Position numbers and translations under genes: made by a program
Assembly (NCBI RefSeq): GCF_000002075.1
Contig: NW_004797492.1
Coordinates: 43,821 to 107,820 of the forward strand
Source: Aplysia californica
Lineage: Eukaryota
Length of the DNA: 64,000 bases
Direction of reading: 5' to 3'
Shown: positions 1-12,700 of the stretch, in pieces
Numbering within the stretch: position 1 is the stretch's first letter
Layout of the letters: each line of letters opens with the position of its first letter
The notes under the pieces: generated by a model
Database searches by the model: none
What the model saw: the letters and a program-made list of their open reading frames with translations, nothing else
Told to the model about the DNA's origin: nothing

Positions 1-627
1 TCTCCCTCTCACACACATACATATACAGAAACGCAAGCACACAATTTCGCGCGCGAGAACGCCCCCTCCGCCTCAAAATGCATTCTTTGTTGCGCGGATT
101 TTAAATTGCTTTGGCAATGGCTCCGTTATATTTTTATTTTCTAAAGAACCCCAAAATGATCACGGAATATCAACAGACGCTTCAGCACGCCAAGAGCTAG
201 TTATAGGTTGAACTCAAACGTTTTGAGGCTTTCTCAGATAAATAAAACGTCCCATTATTGGAGAGGGTACAAAGATCTTTGTAGAGAGGCGGCTGGATAG
301 CTTTGACTTTCGGTAAATAGAATGAAATGAGGATTTGCGACCCCTCGGCAAACTTCAAAACCGTTAGGCCTCCTCTTGAAACGAAATAAATGGTTTTTGG
401 AACGTCTCGGTATTTAGCATGAATGCTCCTCGACCACGCGATAAATGCGCGTCACTTGTGTACATTTTTATTTTTATATTTTATATTTTATTTTAGTGAT
501 TTATTATGAATTTAATTGTAGTTTGTTGCTTATAATTGGCAATAAAATGTATTTATTTTTTGTGAAATATAAAGACCAAATGAATTTTTCAGGACCCACA
601 ATGCCATTTATCGTTTTGTCTGCGCAT

Positions 628-712
628 AACATGGCGGCGCCATGCCTCGCTATTTACACCTCTGAATCAGCGAATAATCGGGCGGTTTTAGTCTGTCCGG
701 CCCGTAGGAATG
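628..712 (+). promoter_or_regulatory. Probable TSS region and first exon of USPL1-like gene, ending in ATG|GTAAAT
   Basis: CpG-containing patch with a YY1-like AACATGGCGGC (628-638). ATG at 710-712 is directly followed by GTAAAT, a phase-0 donor compatible with the exon at 4773. Confidence 0.45.
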
Positions 713-3700
713 GTAAATATAATATTTCCTTTGATATAAATGTTTATTGTAATTTGTAGCATCTGCATTAACCTCTAAACGCATGCATGTTGTAGAATTA
801 TGCCCAAGCGTCTTTATCGACAAGTGTACCAATTCCGGCAAAATGTGAAGAGTTGAGTCCTCTTTTCAGCGATGAATGGCTTAGGTCGAGTGCTTGGATT
901 GTTGCAGAATTGTTTCAAACTCTCCTTCAAGCTTAGTTTTGTTGTTGGTTGTATTAATTACTAACATGAAATCAGCAAGAGAGACAAGTTCATTCTTACT
1001 GGCCTGTTTTTCTTGGGACTTATCCCATCTTCTTTCACACATGATTATGATCTGCTGGGCCTTCATTGGCTTGATCTTCTGGGCTAAGCTGTTAGTGTTA
1101 GGGAACAAGTACTTCTGTCTCGTTACATAGATCGAAGGATTCTTCCAATTGGACTGTAACGTGTGCTACAGTTTTAACAAATTGTTGGAGATCTATTATT
1201 AAGTTTGTTTCTTCATTCCTTCATTCTTATGCAATTGCCAGATCTAGAAGTTGATGAGGTTTGGTTTAGGACTGGGGGGAGGGATTTCTGATTTGTTTTT
1301 GTTTGAGTTGTAGGATTGTAGGCTACTTTAAAAGTGAGGACATTGATTTACCATTGCTGTGCCCAGGCCCAGAGCTCTTTTCTTAATTTTGAATTTGTTC
1401 CTTTTGGCACCTGGGTAAGATTATTTTATAATTTGGTTAGAGACAGAGGAGTGAGGGTACCTGTAATGAGCATGCCGTAAACACCATCTTTCTACATTCG
1501 CAGTCAGAGAAAGAAACATGCACTCCTGATTACACTGACTCCATCCAAAAGTTTTAAAAAAATGCCAATAGCAGTTGCAGTCATGCCGCTAATCAACATC
1601 TAGATTCTATATCTATGGCAGTCTGCACTGTAGATCTAGGTTGCACTCACCAGCTTTCTTTGCTTTTTAGGCAGGCCCTCCTTGCTCATCAAAAAGGTGA
1701 CATGATTATGTTGCAGCATAGATAGGGATCTGATTACAACTGAGAATGATAGCCACCAAGTCCACCCCAATCTTAGTACCAGTGCAATTATTCTCTTGCC
1801 TTGGACTGGTGTTAATTCCGAAAGGTGTAGTGATGATAGCTTGTTGTGTTCATGATAGGGGTATCCACAGTTGTTCCAAGTTTTTGCAAAGTTTTGTCTT
1901 GATAAGGAGTAGGAATAGTTTTTTTATGTTGCACTTGAAGAAAATGAGAAGAAAAGGTTGTCAGGAGTCATGCTTCGCTGGATAACAAACTTATGATATT
2001 GATTTTGTTTTTCAATGGCTACTGTGGACTGTACTGTAGAGGTAGGTTCTTACCCTCAGCTCTGCTGACTTTGTTTGGTCAGCCTTTTTTTTTTCTCGCT
2101 CAAGAGTTAGGCCCTATCTTTGTTCAGATAATGAATGATAAGAAGGCCTAGGCTAATTTGTCTCTATTTTTGTTGTAGTGGCACTTGTTTACAGACAGCG
2201 TTTTGTTTTGGCCGGCTCTATTTCTCAGAACGTTCTGGAAAATAAACTTCAACTCTTATTTCCGTCCTCGAGATTTAAGCGAATGGAATGGCCTGTGTGA
2301 GTGTGTGTAAGGTGTGAACCGGGGTGGAGGGATTTTTTTACATGAAGGATTTTACTTTTTGCTGGGTGACTAAATGCAAAATAGGTTACTGCCAAGGTGG
2401 AGCAGTCTTGTTTTCTCGCAGTTCCTTTTGAAGGTATTTTCAATCAGGTAACATTGCCCCAACCACAACTGAAGTATCTCAATATTCAGATATTTAAAAA
2501 TCTGTAGCTCTAGAAATTGAATTTGATGCAAAAAATGCTTCTTCCCAGTCCTCGTAAAATGGCAGAATGAAAGGATGACGCCTAAATCTCGCAAATAACC
2601 CAAAAATCTCGAGATCGGAAACCGTGCGGAGAAATAGCGTTCATCTTTATTTTCCCTAACGTTGGGAGAAATAGTTACTTCGTTTTGTTTTTGGCCATAG
2701 AGGTTGTCTTATTTCGGAAAACGACATTTGAAAGGACTGGTTTTTGTGACTGAATGTGTAGCACAATGTAAATTGTGATTAAAGCTGTTTCATGTCGTTA
2801 TATTGAGATTGTTGCAGAAAATTTCAGTTAAAGATATTTAAAGTATTCTTGTGTAATTATTTAAAATAAAACATTGTATAAATTTATGTAATTATTGTTC
2901 AGCTGTTTAATTTATGTGTTTTAATCAACCAAATTATGAATAATGTCTATGGAGAAAAATACAGTTTATAACTGATCAATTATTATGCGTCTATATAGGT
3001 GAAAGTTTAGTTGTGTTTAAAAGTTTTTCATTTGCTATCTTGTAGGTTTCTATTTTTTTGTCTTTTTTGTGAATCTCTGCAACTGATGATGTTTCTCCTG
3101 AAACTGAAATGAGCAGGGGTTAAATGTGAGTATTTGCGAGAGGATTCTCTCCTTGGACCACATCTTGTGTTAAAGCAGCAAATGGCAGTTCTGATGCAGC
3201 AGAGCGTATTTTGCTGGTGGCACAAGTGGTTGTGATGTTCCTGTCAGCTCATAAAGATGATGATGATGCTTATGATGTGTTATTTGCAATGTCTTTGCTT
3301 GCAGGTGTAGAATTATGAATGGTGGTGATTCTGTCTCTTGGGCAAAGAAACCAGCTATACCCTTCAGCCGCAAAAGAGCGGTGTTAAAAAAGGCATTGCA
3401 TTTGACTTCTTCGCTATCTTTGTGTGGTGTCTCCTCACGCAGACGCACACTGTCCGTGTCTGTTTTGTTTTGTTTTGTTCACGTTTTGTCTCGGTGAATT
3501 GATATTGGAAGGATAATGTTGGGGAAATGATAGGGTGGTAAATTGTTTTCATTTTGAAGACAGTGTTATGTTTCATGTTTGTATGTTTTCTTTTGATATT
3601 GGATAAAACCTGTCTTTTTAAAAAATTGGTATTTGTTTTGACTTGAATTAACATTGGTTGCACTACTGGAAACAAGATTTTTATGGGGAAAACATTTTAT

Positions 3701-6700
3701 TGTTTACATGTGTTTGAGTTTCCATTTCTGTGGTACTTACAGATTTTATGCTAGACATACGTGTATAGATGTATTTTGTGTTGAGTGTTCTGTTTGTTTT
3801 GTTGCTTACATCATGTTGTAGTGAATGGATTGAGAGAGGTAAGTAATGTAAGCCTTACAACCCGATGGATATATAGAGGCTGTTGCTTGTCGTGAAAAGG
3901 GACAGCTTGCTAGTAATATGAGTTTCCAAATTTTATGTTGGCTGCTGTTTTTAAACTGTTGTTTACAAGTAATGCAAAAGCAATTTCACACGTTGCAATG
4001 GTTTGAAGTTTTGAAAACAGACTTGCCTAGCGAAGTTAATCAGGGTTGGTTTTAAACAATTTGAAACTGTTTTGCATTGTGTGTAGTCTACTTTGTAGCT
4101 GTACCATTTGTTTTTGATAAAAGGTTTCGAAAGGGCATCAAAGTTCTGATGGGAACCTTTTTTTTATCTAAGAAAGTTGTGGATATTATGTTCTGAATTG
4201 TATTTGCAGTCTCTGGATTGCGTTTCTACCCGAATACCAGTATACTAAATTCAAAGTGGCGAAAGTTTTTTTCTGGTAAAGTTTGGTTTGTAGGTTCAGC
4301 ATCTTCTACGGGTGGACAACCCTTGGTTGGTTTTCAAAAATAATTCTTTTTATTTATTTGGAACCAGTAGGTATGCGTTTTTAGCTCTACACTAAAACTG
4401 CCTGGAGATAATGACTAGCGATGTGTCTGGATTTCTGCCTAATGTATAACATCGGTACATTTTGTTGAGTCTTAACCAATTTCTGTGTCAGATCTGGGAT
4501 TGTACTGATATCAGATGTGTGAGCTAGGCAAGTCTGTCTTGCTCAATGGTAGGTTTTCCAACTGATGATGTTAGTAGATATGTATATTAGTATATGAACT
4601 TCAATTGCTGCGATATGGATATAGCAAGGTTTGTGTGGTGGTGACAGCATATGGAGAGGTGATGTATTGAGGCTGGTTCTCTTTAGCATCAACTTTGTGA
4701 CCTTCAAGTCATTATTTGTCTCTTGTGTAAAACGCTCATTTTCTTATTGTAAATGTCTTGCTTTTGTTTCAGACTGTTGACCATTCCTCATTATCGAAGA
4801 AGAAGACGTGTCAAAAGTGTGCCCTGCAGGGTGTTCACAGCCCACTACACCTGTTTCAGCTGAATGACGAAGAAGCCCTGTGGATGTGCAAAAATGTGGA
4901 CGTGAGTGCCGTTTAAAAATAATAAATTTATGGGAAGATTTCATAAAGATGATGGATTGTTTTATTGATAAAGGGATCTGATCTTTAAATTCATTCAGTT
5001 ATCAGCGTAAGTCAATTTTGTTTTATATTCATGAGGTATATATATTTTTAAGTAGAAAACAATGCAGTGTTTGGTTGCAACTATTGTATTTGTAAAATGC
5101 TCAAAGCCTGTGTTCTTTAATCAGGGTTGAGTGCTCTATAAGTGTCATATATTATTATTGTGAGCAGTGGTGATGACTGGAAGATGAAGTGGGTTTTTAA
5201 TACCGAATAAAGTTCTAGAGAATTAATTTGTCACGACAAAAGTATTCGAAATCACTTGATATGATATTGATACAGTGTGTAGCTTTGACCCGTTGGCCAG
5301 TGAGGTGAAAGAGTTCTACAGCTGTCGTCCTTTCCCTGTCTCAGTTATGAACTGACAGTGTAATTGTTTGTTAGTAGTTTCTGGAATTGTTTAAGTGCTC
5401 GTATGTAGGTCACCTTTAAGTGGTGGATAATGCATTTCTAAGAAAAGTGGCTTGAAGGTTATTTTTGAAAAATCAAATTTTCTCTGTTTTAAAATAATTT
5501 TTTGTAATTTTGTCTTTCAGTGCACATTTATGCCATCGTCCAACTGGGAGAGCTTAGTCGTGAAAAGGAGCATCTCGGAAATTCCTACCCCTTCTTCGAG
5601 GAGGAAATTCAGCTCTTTGTCTTCTCGCTCATCAGCATCATCAGTGAACTCTGTGTGCAGTGCGCCTGTGCTACAAGTTAAATCTGACTTGGCTTTTCAG
5701 TCACGATCAAGCACACCGGCATTGAAGCATTATCGTCAAGGTGATAGGCCCGGCACGTCTGCACTCTCAATTGCAGCTACTGGTTCATCAGTGTCTGTTT
5801 CATCTGTAAGGAAATCCATAGACTCTCCCGTACCGGCTGCTTCTGAGGCGGTGTCGGAGGTTAAAGAGCACAAATCTATTATACCTGTTGCACCATTTCT
5901 TTGTGGACACGCTCATATCTTCTCCTCGTTCGAAACAAAAAGAATCGAGGATCGAAGACAGGGGAGAGTTCAACAGTCATTCCTACCACGAAGCAGCAGT
6001 CGTTCTGGTGTTGGGAAACAACTGTTACCCGTGCGTTCTCGTGAGAGGGGAGACCCTGTCAGTTCATCGCAAAGCTCTCGGCCTGCAAAACGTAGAGGAA
6101 GTAGTTTGGATTCCGACTCTCAGTCCAGTAGCAGTGGGTCATCTTACTCCAGGCCTTCCTCCCCTTCTGGCAGTTGCGAAGTGGTGAGAGGGAAAAAAGT
6201 GAGGAAAATAGTGGTCACTCCGGACACTCTCAACAAGATAGTCAGCGGCGAGCTCAAAGTGCAGATAGCTAAAGCACCTGGGGCAAAGTCTTCGTCTGTG
6301 GTGTTAAATCCTGTCGGTGGGAAAAAGCAAAGTTCCCGACTCACTCCGTCTGGGGATATCCGTGTCAGCAGCCAAGGGCCAACCTCTCAAGGGGACCGTC
6401 TTGAGGAACAGGCAAGGGGTGGTGTTGCTGCACCCGCTACAACCAACGGTGGCTTTGATTTCGAGGTCACCCCTGTTGGCACGTTGGATGCGCTGCTGAA
6501 AAGCCAAAGTGCCCAGCAGAGTCTGTCGTCTCTTCAGTTGCCATCAGTAGGCGCTGTCCAAGATCCCAGTCAACTGAAAGCTCACATAGAGGCCATCAAT
6601 TCTCACATTCAAGCTATCAACGCGGCTCTGGCAAACAGTAGCTCTCCATTACTGATCAGACCTGCAGAGATTTCGAGGCCAGTGACTTCAGCAGGTACGA

Positions 6701-9700
6701 AGAATAAAACATCTGACCCTGTAAGCTCTGACAACTTTGAACAGGGCACTGTCCAGGGAGAAGCCTTCGCCGAGAGCGATTGTGTGGATTCAGATTTCAA
6801 TTTACAGGACTTGTTTGGACCAAGTGAAGGGGAAGGACATGCAGATTGTGTCTCCACAAGCATGATCCATTCGGATTTTGTGAACTTTGATGGGAAGGAG
6901 TTTTTGGATATGTGAAGAGACTGCATGCGTTGCACACATGAACTTGCACTGCTTTGTTGATCATGATTTTCTTATTTTCCCTATAGCAAGGTAAGCTACA
7001 AAATGCCAGTAACTGGGAATTTGAACCAAGAGAATCCCTCAGAGCAGGAATCCCCTGCAGTGAATGATGGTGGGGGGAATATGGCCTCGCTCACAGAAGG
7101 TACAGCCACTTCGTCTCTTCCACCAGCGCCAGGCGTGGCTTCAGACAGTGCCAACCAGACGTCATCTGAATCGGCATCTGACAACACCGGTGGCGAGGTG
7201 TCCAGCACCACCGCGGACAATGAGGACCTGGCCGATAACGAGGCCGTCACGGATGCCTCAGACAATCTGCAGTTGCCGGAGCCCGTGGAGTCCACGTCCA
7301 TGGACATCTCCGACTCTCTCGATGGCTTCAAAGATGGCACCGTGAGTCCCCCGCCAGAAGAGGGCCAGGCTCCCTCCTCAAAACACAGCACGTTTACAGC
7401 CACAAACTCTGCGTCCTCCTTCAACAACGGGTTTCAGAGCGCTTTTGCGGCATTCGCGTCTGCTTCGTCTCAGAGCTTCACAGCGACGGGGCAGCATGAA
7501 AGCAGTGCCAATGTATCCGGCACAGCTGCGGGCAGTTCAGCTTATGACGCGGTCAGCACCACAGAGGCAGACCCTGCGGGGGAAGCGTCATCCACCTCGA
7601 CGGATGCGATTGGCTCCACCACCGCCACGGAGCTGCTTGTGTCGTCGGCCATTGACTCTAGTCTGGTCACCACCACCGGAGACAGCACCAGCGGCAGCAG
7701 GATAATGGCGGATGTAGACAGCAGCAGTGTCGTGGCCAGTGAGGCGATGACCGCCATGTCGTCTACGGTGACAGAGACTGCAGACATTGCGGCAGAGAGT
7801 GGTTTCTTCCAGGCTGCTGAGGAACCCTGTGACGCACCACCTGCTAACATTGAAGTTCCGGCCGTCGCAACGGACTTCGAGTCTTCCCCCTTGCCGGGAT
7901 CTTCAGCAGGGGAGGGTTTGACACTGCAGGAATCTCCGCTTGAAGAAGCAGCGTCTTTAGCAGCTGAGGAATCGACTGTGGGGCAAGAGTGTGCAGAAGC
8001 ACAGGAGTCCTCCTCAGGGCAACAGTTGTTACTGGAGACTTTGACAATGTCACAAGCTGAACCAGAACAAGTTGCCGCGGAGACAGGTGCTGCTGGAGAG
8101 CCCACTCTAACCGAGGAAGGACCTGTTGTGACTCAGGCAGAGGCTGTGGAGATTCGAGAAGAGCCTGTGGTGACTCCAGAGGAAGCCATGGTCACTCAAG
8201 AAGAACCCATGGCTGCTCAAGAAGAGCATATGGTGACACAAGAAGAACCTATGGTGACTCAAGAAGAGCATATGGTGACTCAAGAAGAACCTGTTGTGGG
8301 TCCGGAAGAACCTGTAGTGAGCCAGGAAGAACCTGTTGTGACTCAGGAGCCCGGTATGGCTTTGGAGGGAACTGTGACTCCTGAAGTTCCAGTCGTGGAT
8401 TCTGAGCCCACTACGACGGAGGAGTCTGTGGGCACACAAGAACCTATGGCCGTAGAAGAGCCAGCGGTAAGTCAGGAATCTCTGGCTGTTACTTCCGATC
8501 AACAGGAACAACCTCAGGTAGAAATGGTCAGTACAGATGAGCAAGCTGCCGTTGGTTTTCCCGAGCAATTGACCTCGAGTGAAGCTGTGGCTGCCTCATC
8601 AGCGGCTGAGCAGCAGCAGCAGGTTCAGTATTCCGAGAGCCAGCAGCCAGAGGTGCCGTCGCAAGCCGTGTCGGATTCCGTGTACTTCATCCAGATGACG
8701 GACGCCTCCGGGGAAATCGTCACGTCCATCATTGACCCCAACGATATCTCCGCCTACTCTGACTCGATTGTGTACAAACAGTGCATGAAGGCGGACGGTC
8801 AGCTGGAGACCACCATCGTCAGCTCGGGGGGCGTGCTCATGGAGCAGCAGCAGGAGACGGAGCAACAACAGCAGGCCGTCCAGCAGGAGGTCGCTGAGAC
8901 CCAGCAGGAAGAGCAGCAGCAAGTGATTTACGCACACGATCTGAACGGCCAGCTGACGCCCATCGATTCGGCGCAGTCGGCCAACGACGTGGCCCCGCCG
9001 GGCAAACAGTTTGTGTACATGCAGGACTCTAGCGGCCGCATCATCCGCACCATCATGGACGCCAATCAGACGATGGTTCCCGGCCAACAGGTTTACTACA
9101 CACAGAGCGAAGACGGGCAGATCATCACGTCTGTTATGGACTCGGCTTCGGCTGGGATGACGGACGAAGCTACGGCTCAGCAGCAACAACAACAGCAGCA
9201 GCAGCAAGATATGTCCAGCCTAGAGACGCAGCAACAGCAACAACAGCAGCTGCTTCAGTCGACCCCTCAGGTGTCGACGAGTGCGAGCTCCATGGTGGCA
9301 GGCACCAGTGGCTTCTCCATCGATAACAGCATGAGCGGCCTCAGTATGCTGGCAGAGCTCTCCCACCTCACTGCCGGACAGGGTGAGTGCTTGCTTTATG
9401 TTTGTCACGGCCCTGGTCTAGTACTTAGGATGTTGGGCTCGCTACTGAAAAGTCGTGGGTAGTTATTGTCTCCTGCTACGATGACTGATTTCTCAGTTCT
9501 TACGCAGGAAGTCAAAAGATTTCGTCCATTCAGTAACGTCCCCTGCTTTGGGTTAGGTTGAAGGGAAGGCAAGATTTGTAAAATGTGAGGAAACGAGGTG
9601 AAATCGAAGAAACTGCCACTTTTCTGCTGGTTTGGCAATTTTATTGTAATTCTTGTGTTTAGTTACCGAAAGACATTGATTAAAGACACCAAAAAATGTA

Positions 9701-12700
9701 CATTTTCAGTTTCCGAGGACTCTCAAACTATGGAAGTTTTACCAAACTTTGGCAACCATTTTCTCGCTAAATTTACTTCTGAAACCAGGCAACCCCTACC
9801 ACTTTTAATTGAAAAAATTTGGACTTTATATTCAAGATAGATGAATACGATTTTCATCAACAACAAGATAAATGAACAAGCTTCAAAACGATACCAATAA
9901 CTCTGCTTGCCCTAAAACTGACGAGCGCCTGATTCCACAGCATCGTGACACAAATGTGTTGTTTGTACTGACTCGCCACAACCTCCTCCCGCCCACCAAC
10001 TCCGTAACATCCAACATTACAAGTATGTTAGGGACACGCCTCCTGTATGCTGCAACAGACCTATGCATTGTGCTAGAATGTGTCGAGAGAAAAAAGAATT
10101 AACTGAGATTTATTTATTTCCTCATTCGGGACACCTTGTGTTCTTCAGCTTCCACGTCCAGCCTGCCTGAAGCGAGAGGGGCGTCGAGCACAGACAGCAA
10201 CTCGCAGGATGCAGACATGGAAGAGTTCCGGCCGGTTGCCATGGTGACCAGAAGGGTAGCTGGGAGTGAAGGACAGGAGGGTGTCGATGCAGTGAACTCT
10301 GACATCGCGGGGCTTCGTGTGAGCGAAACGGACGCAGGCGCCACTGGTTAGTAGCTGTCCACGAGCGTGTTCCATTATGGAAAACTATGCATGGCTGTCA
10401 ACCAGTATGTGAAAAACTTGTTTAATACGTTTACATCAGTCTGATTATACAGATGTTTTCACGTCAGAAAATACATTTTTTGTTTTCTAGTATAGCTCCT
10501 CACAGACTTGTCAATGCTAAAAAAAAAGTAAACTTTCAAGACTAGATTTGTGAATAAACATTGAACACAAAATCCATAAAATCTATTGTAGTTTTGTTAT
10601 TTACCATAGTTATCTACTGATCATGGATGTATTGGATGCAACAAAATGTGTGTGAATGGTCTGGAGAAAAGTAGCCCACCCTCTTAACATGTTTTTTTAA
10701 AAAGCCTGCAGCTATGTTATATATTACAGTTTTAGCCTCCTTCCTCTTTTTACTTTCCGCCTTTTCATATTTAGGGAGGTGATTTTCTTTGAATTAGGGT
10801 TTATTGTTTTTGTTGTTTGAAAACACCTAGGGGGCTCCAGTTGAGAGTGAACTCAGGTTAAAACAACAACAGAGTGAACTCGGGTTATAAAACCATTTTC
10901 ATTAAGCAGCGTTGGCGATAACTTTTATTAGGGTGACTGTTGGGGAGTTTCCTTGAGCAGGGCGCTATAAATGAAGTTAAAAAGTAGCTTGCGGGGCAGT
11001 GGGTGACCAGTTGTTGGTGTGTGTAGATGGTCAGATCATGTGATGTTTTATGAATGTTTATGTGTTCATGTATACCATTAGGGTGTACAAGTCACGATCT
11101 TCTGCCTACGAACACAACACATACCACTAAATTCCTACCTTAATAGGATCCGCAAGGATACCCCACCCGACTGCCCGCTGTGCGACTGCCAGGATGAAAC
11201 AGTACCACACCACCTCTTTAACTGCCCAGCACTTTGTGACCTGCGTAGCACCTACCTACCTGCCTCCCCAAACATCGGAAATACTCTATACAGCGACAAA
11301 GCACAGCTGATTAAAACCTGCAAATTCTTTGCCATATCGACAGACCGAAGGGCTTGAACCCAAATGGCCGCTGGATCGGAAAAGTAAAGTAAAGTACCAT
11401 TAGGGTGCAAAAGTTCTCCAGAGATGGATAGGTCGAACACAGAAGACTCGAAATCATGCAATAGTTGAACTGTACCCGTGGTCCCGTTTTTTGTGGTTTT
11501 TTTCCTTCATCTTTGTAAGATATCCATCGAACTACTGAGGCTGGTCCCAATGATTTCTAGCTATCCACGTTAAACAGTAAATAGCTTTTGTAACTCTTAC
11601 TAAGACTAAACACTGACTTTACCTCTCCTCCTCGTCCTCGTCAGGCCCTCAAGAGTCTATCAGCAGCAAGCTGATCGCGGAGATGAAGTGCGGCTACGTG
11701 TCCCCGGCCATGACGGTGTCCAAGGACAACCTGTTTGTCCAGTGGCAGAACCTGGACGCCATGTGCTGGATGGACGTGGTGCTCATCATGCTGGTCTACT
11801 CACCCACGCTGCGGCCACTGGTCAACCTGGAGCCCACGCACGAGCTGGCCTCCACCTTGCTCATCACACTGCTCAAGGCCAATCGGCAAGCTCAGGTGAG
11901 TGCTTCGACTAGTGGTAGAATATCCTAGACAGGTCACTCCTGATGTTAGGGGTAGAAGTGTTCTCAGTTTTCTGGGACTTTGTGGCCCCGACCTTGCTCG
12001 TCACACTGCTCAAGGCCAATCGGCAAGCTCTGGTCAGTGCTTAGACTAGTGGTAGAACGTCCTGGACAGGTCACTCCTGATGTTAGGGGTAGAAGTGTTC
12101 TCAGTTTTCTGGGACTTTGTGGCCCCGACCTTGCTCGTCACACTGCTCAAGGCCAATTGGCAAGCTCTGGTCAGTGCTTAGACTAGTGGTAGAACGTCCT
12201 AGACAGGTCACTCCTGATGTTAGGGGTAGAAGTGTTCTCAGTTTTCTGGGACTTTGTGGCACCGACCTTGCTCGTCACACTGCTCAAGGCCAATCGGCAA
12301 GCTCTGGTCAGTGCTTAGACTAGTGGTAGAACGTCCTAGACAGGTCACTCCTGATGTTAGGGGTAGAAGTATGACTTTGTGGCCTCCACCTTGCTCATTA
12401 CACTGCTCAAGGCCAATCGGCAAGCTTGGGTCAGTGGAGGTTTGGCAAGATCTTAAGGAAAGGTATTCTCAACTTTGTGGAGAGGAGTGGTTACGCTTGT
12501 TTTTTCATCGTTGCTTCTATTCATTACACTGCTCCAGGCTTATAGACAAGACCTTTTTTTTGTATTGTGCAGGCGCGTTGGGGAAAAAATTACTCATTGC
12601 AAATTTATTTGAGCAGATATTAATGTACTTGTTGAGGGTGATATTGTCTGGATCCTTTGTTTTTCTCATTGTTCAAAAGTGGCTTTATTGAAGTGCAATT

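Noticed and set aside
7542-9207. Antisense ORFs over large exons (also 27804-31787 and 57090-63113)
   Set aside because: Shadow frames of GC3-rich coding sequence with no motifs.
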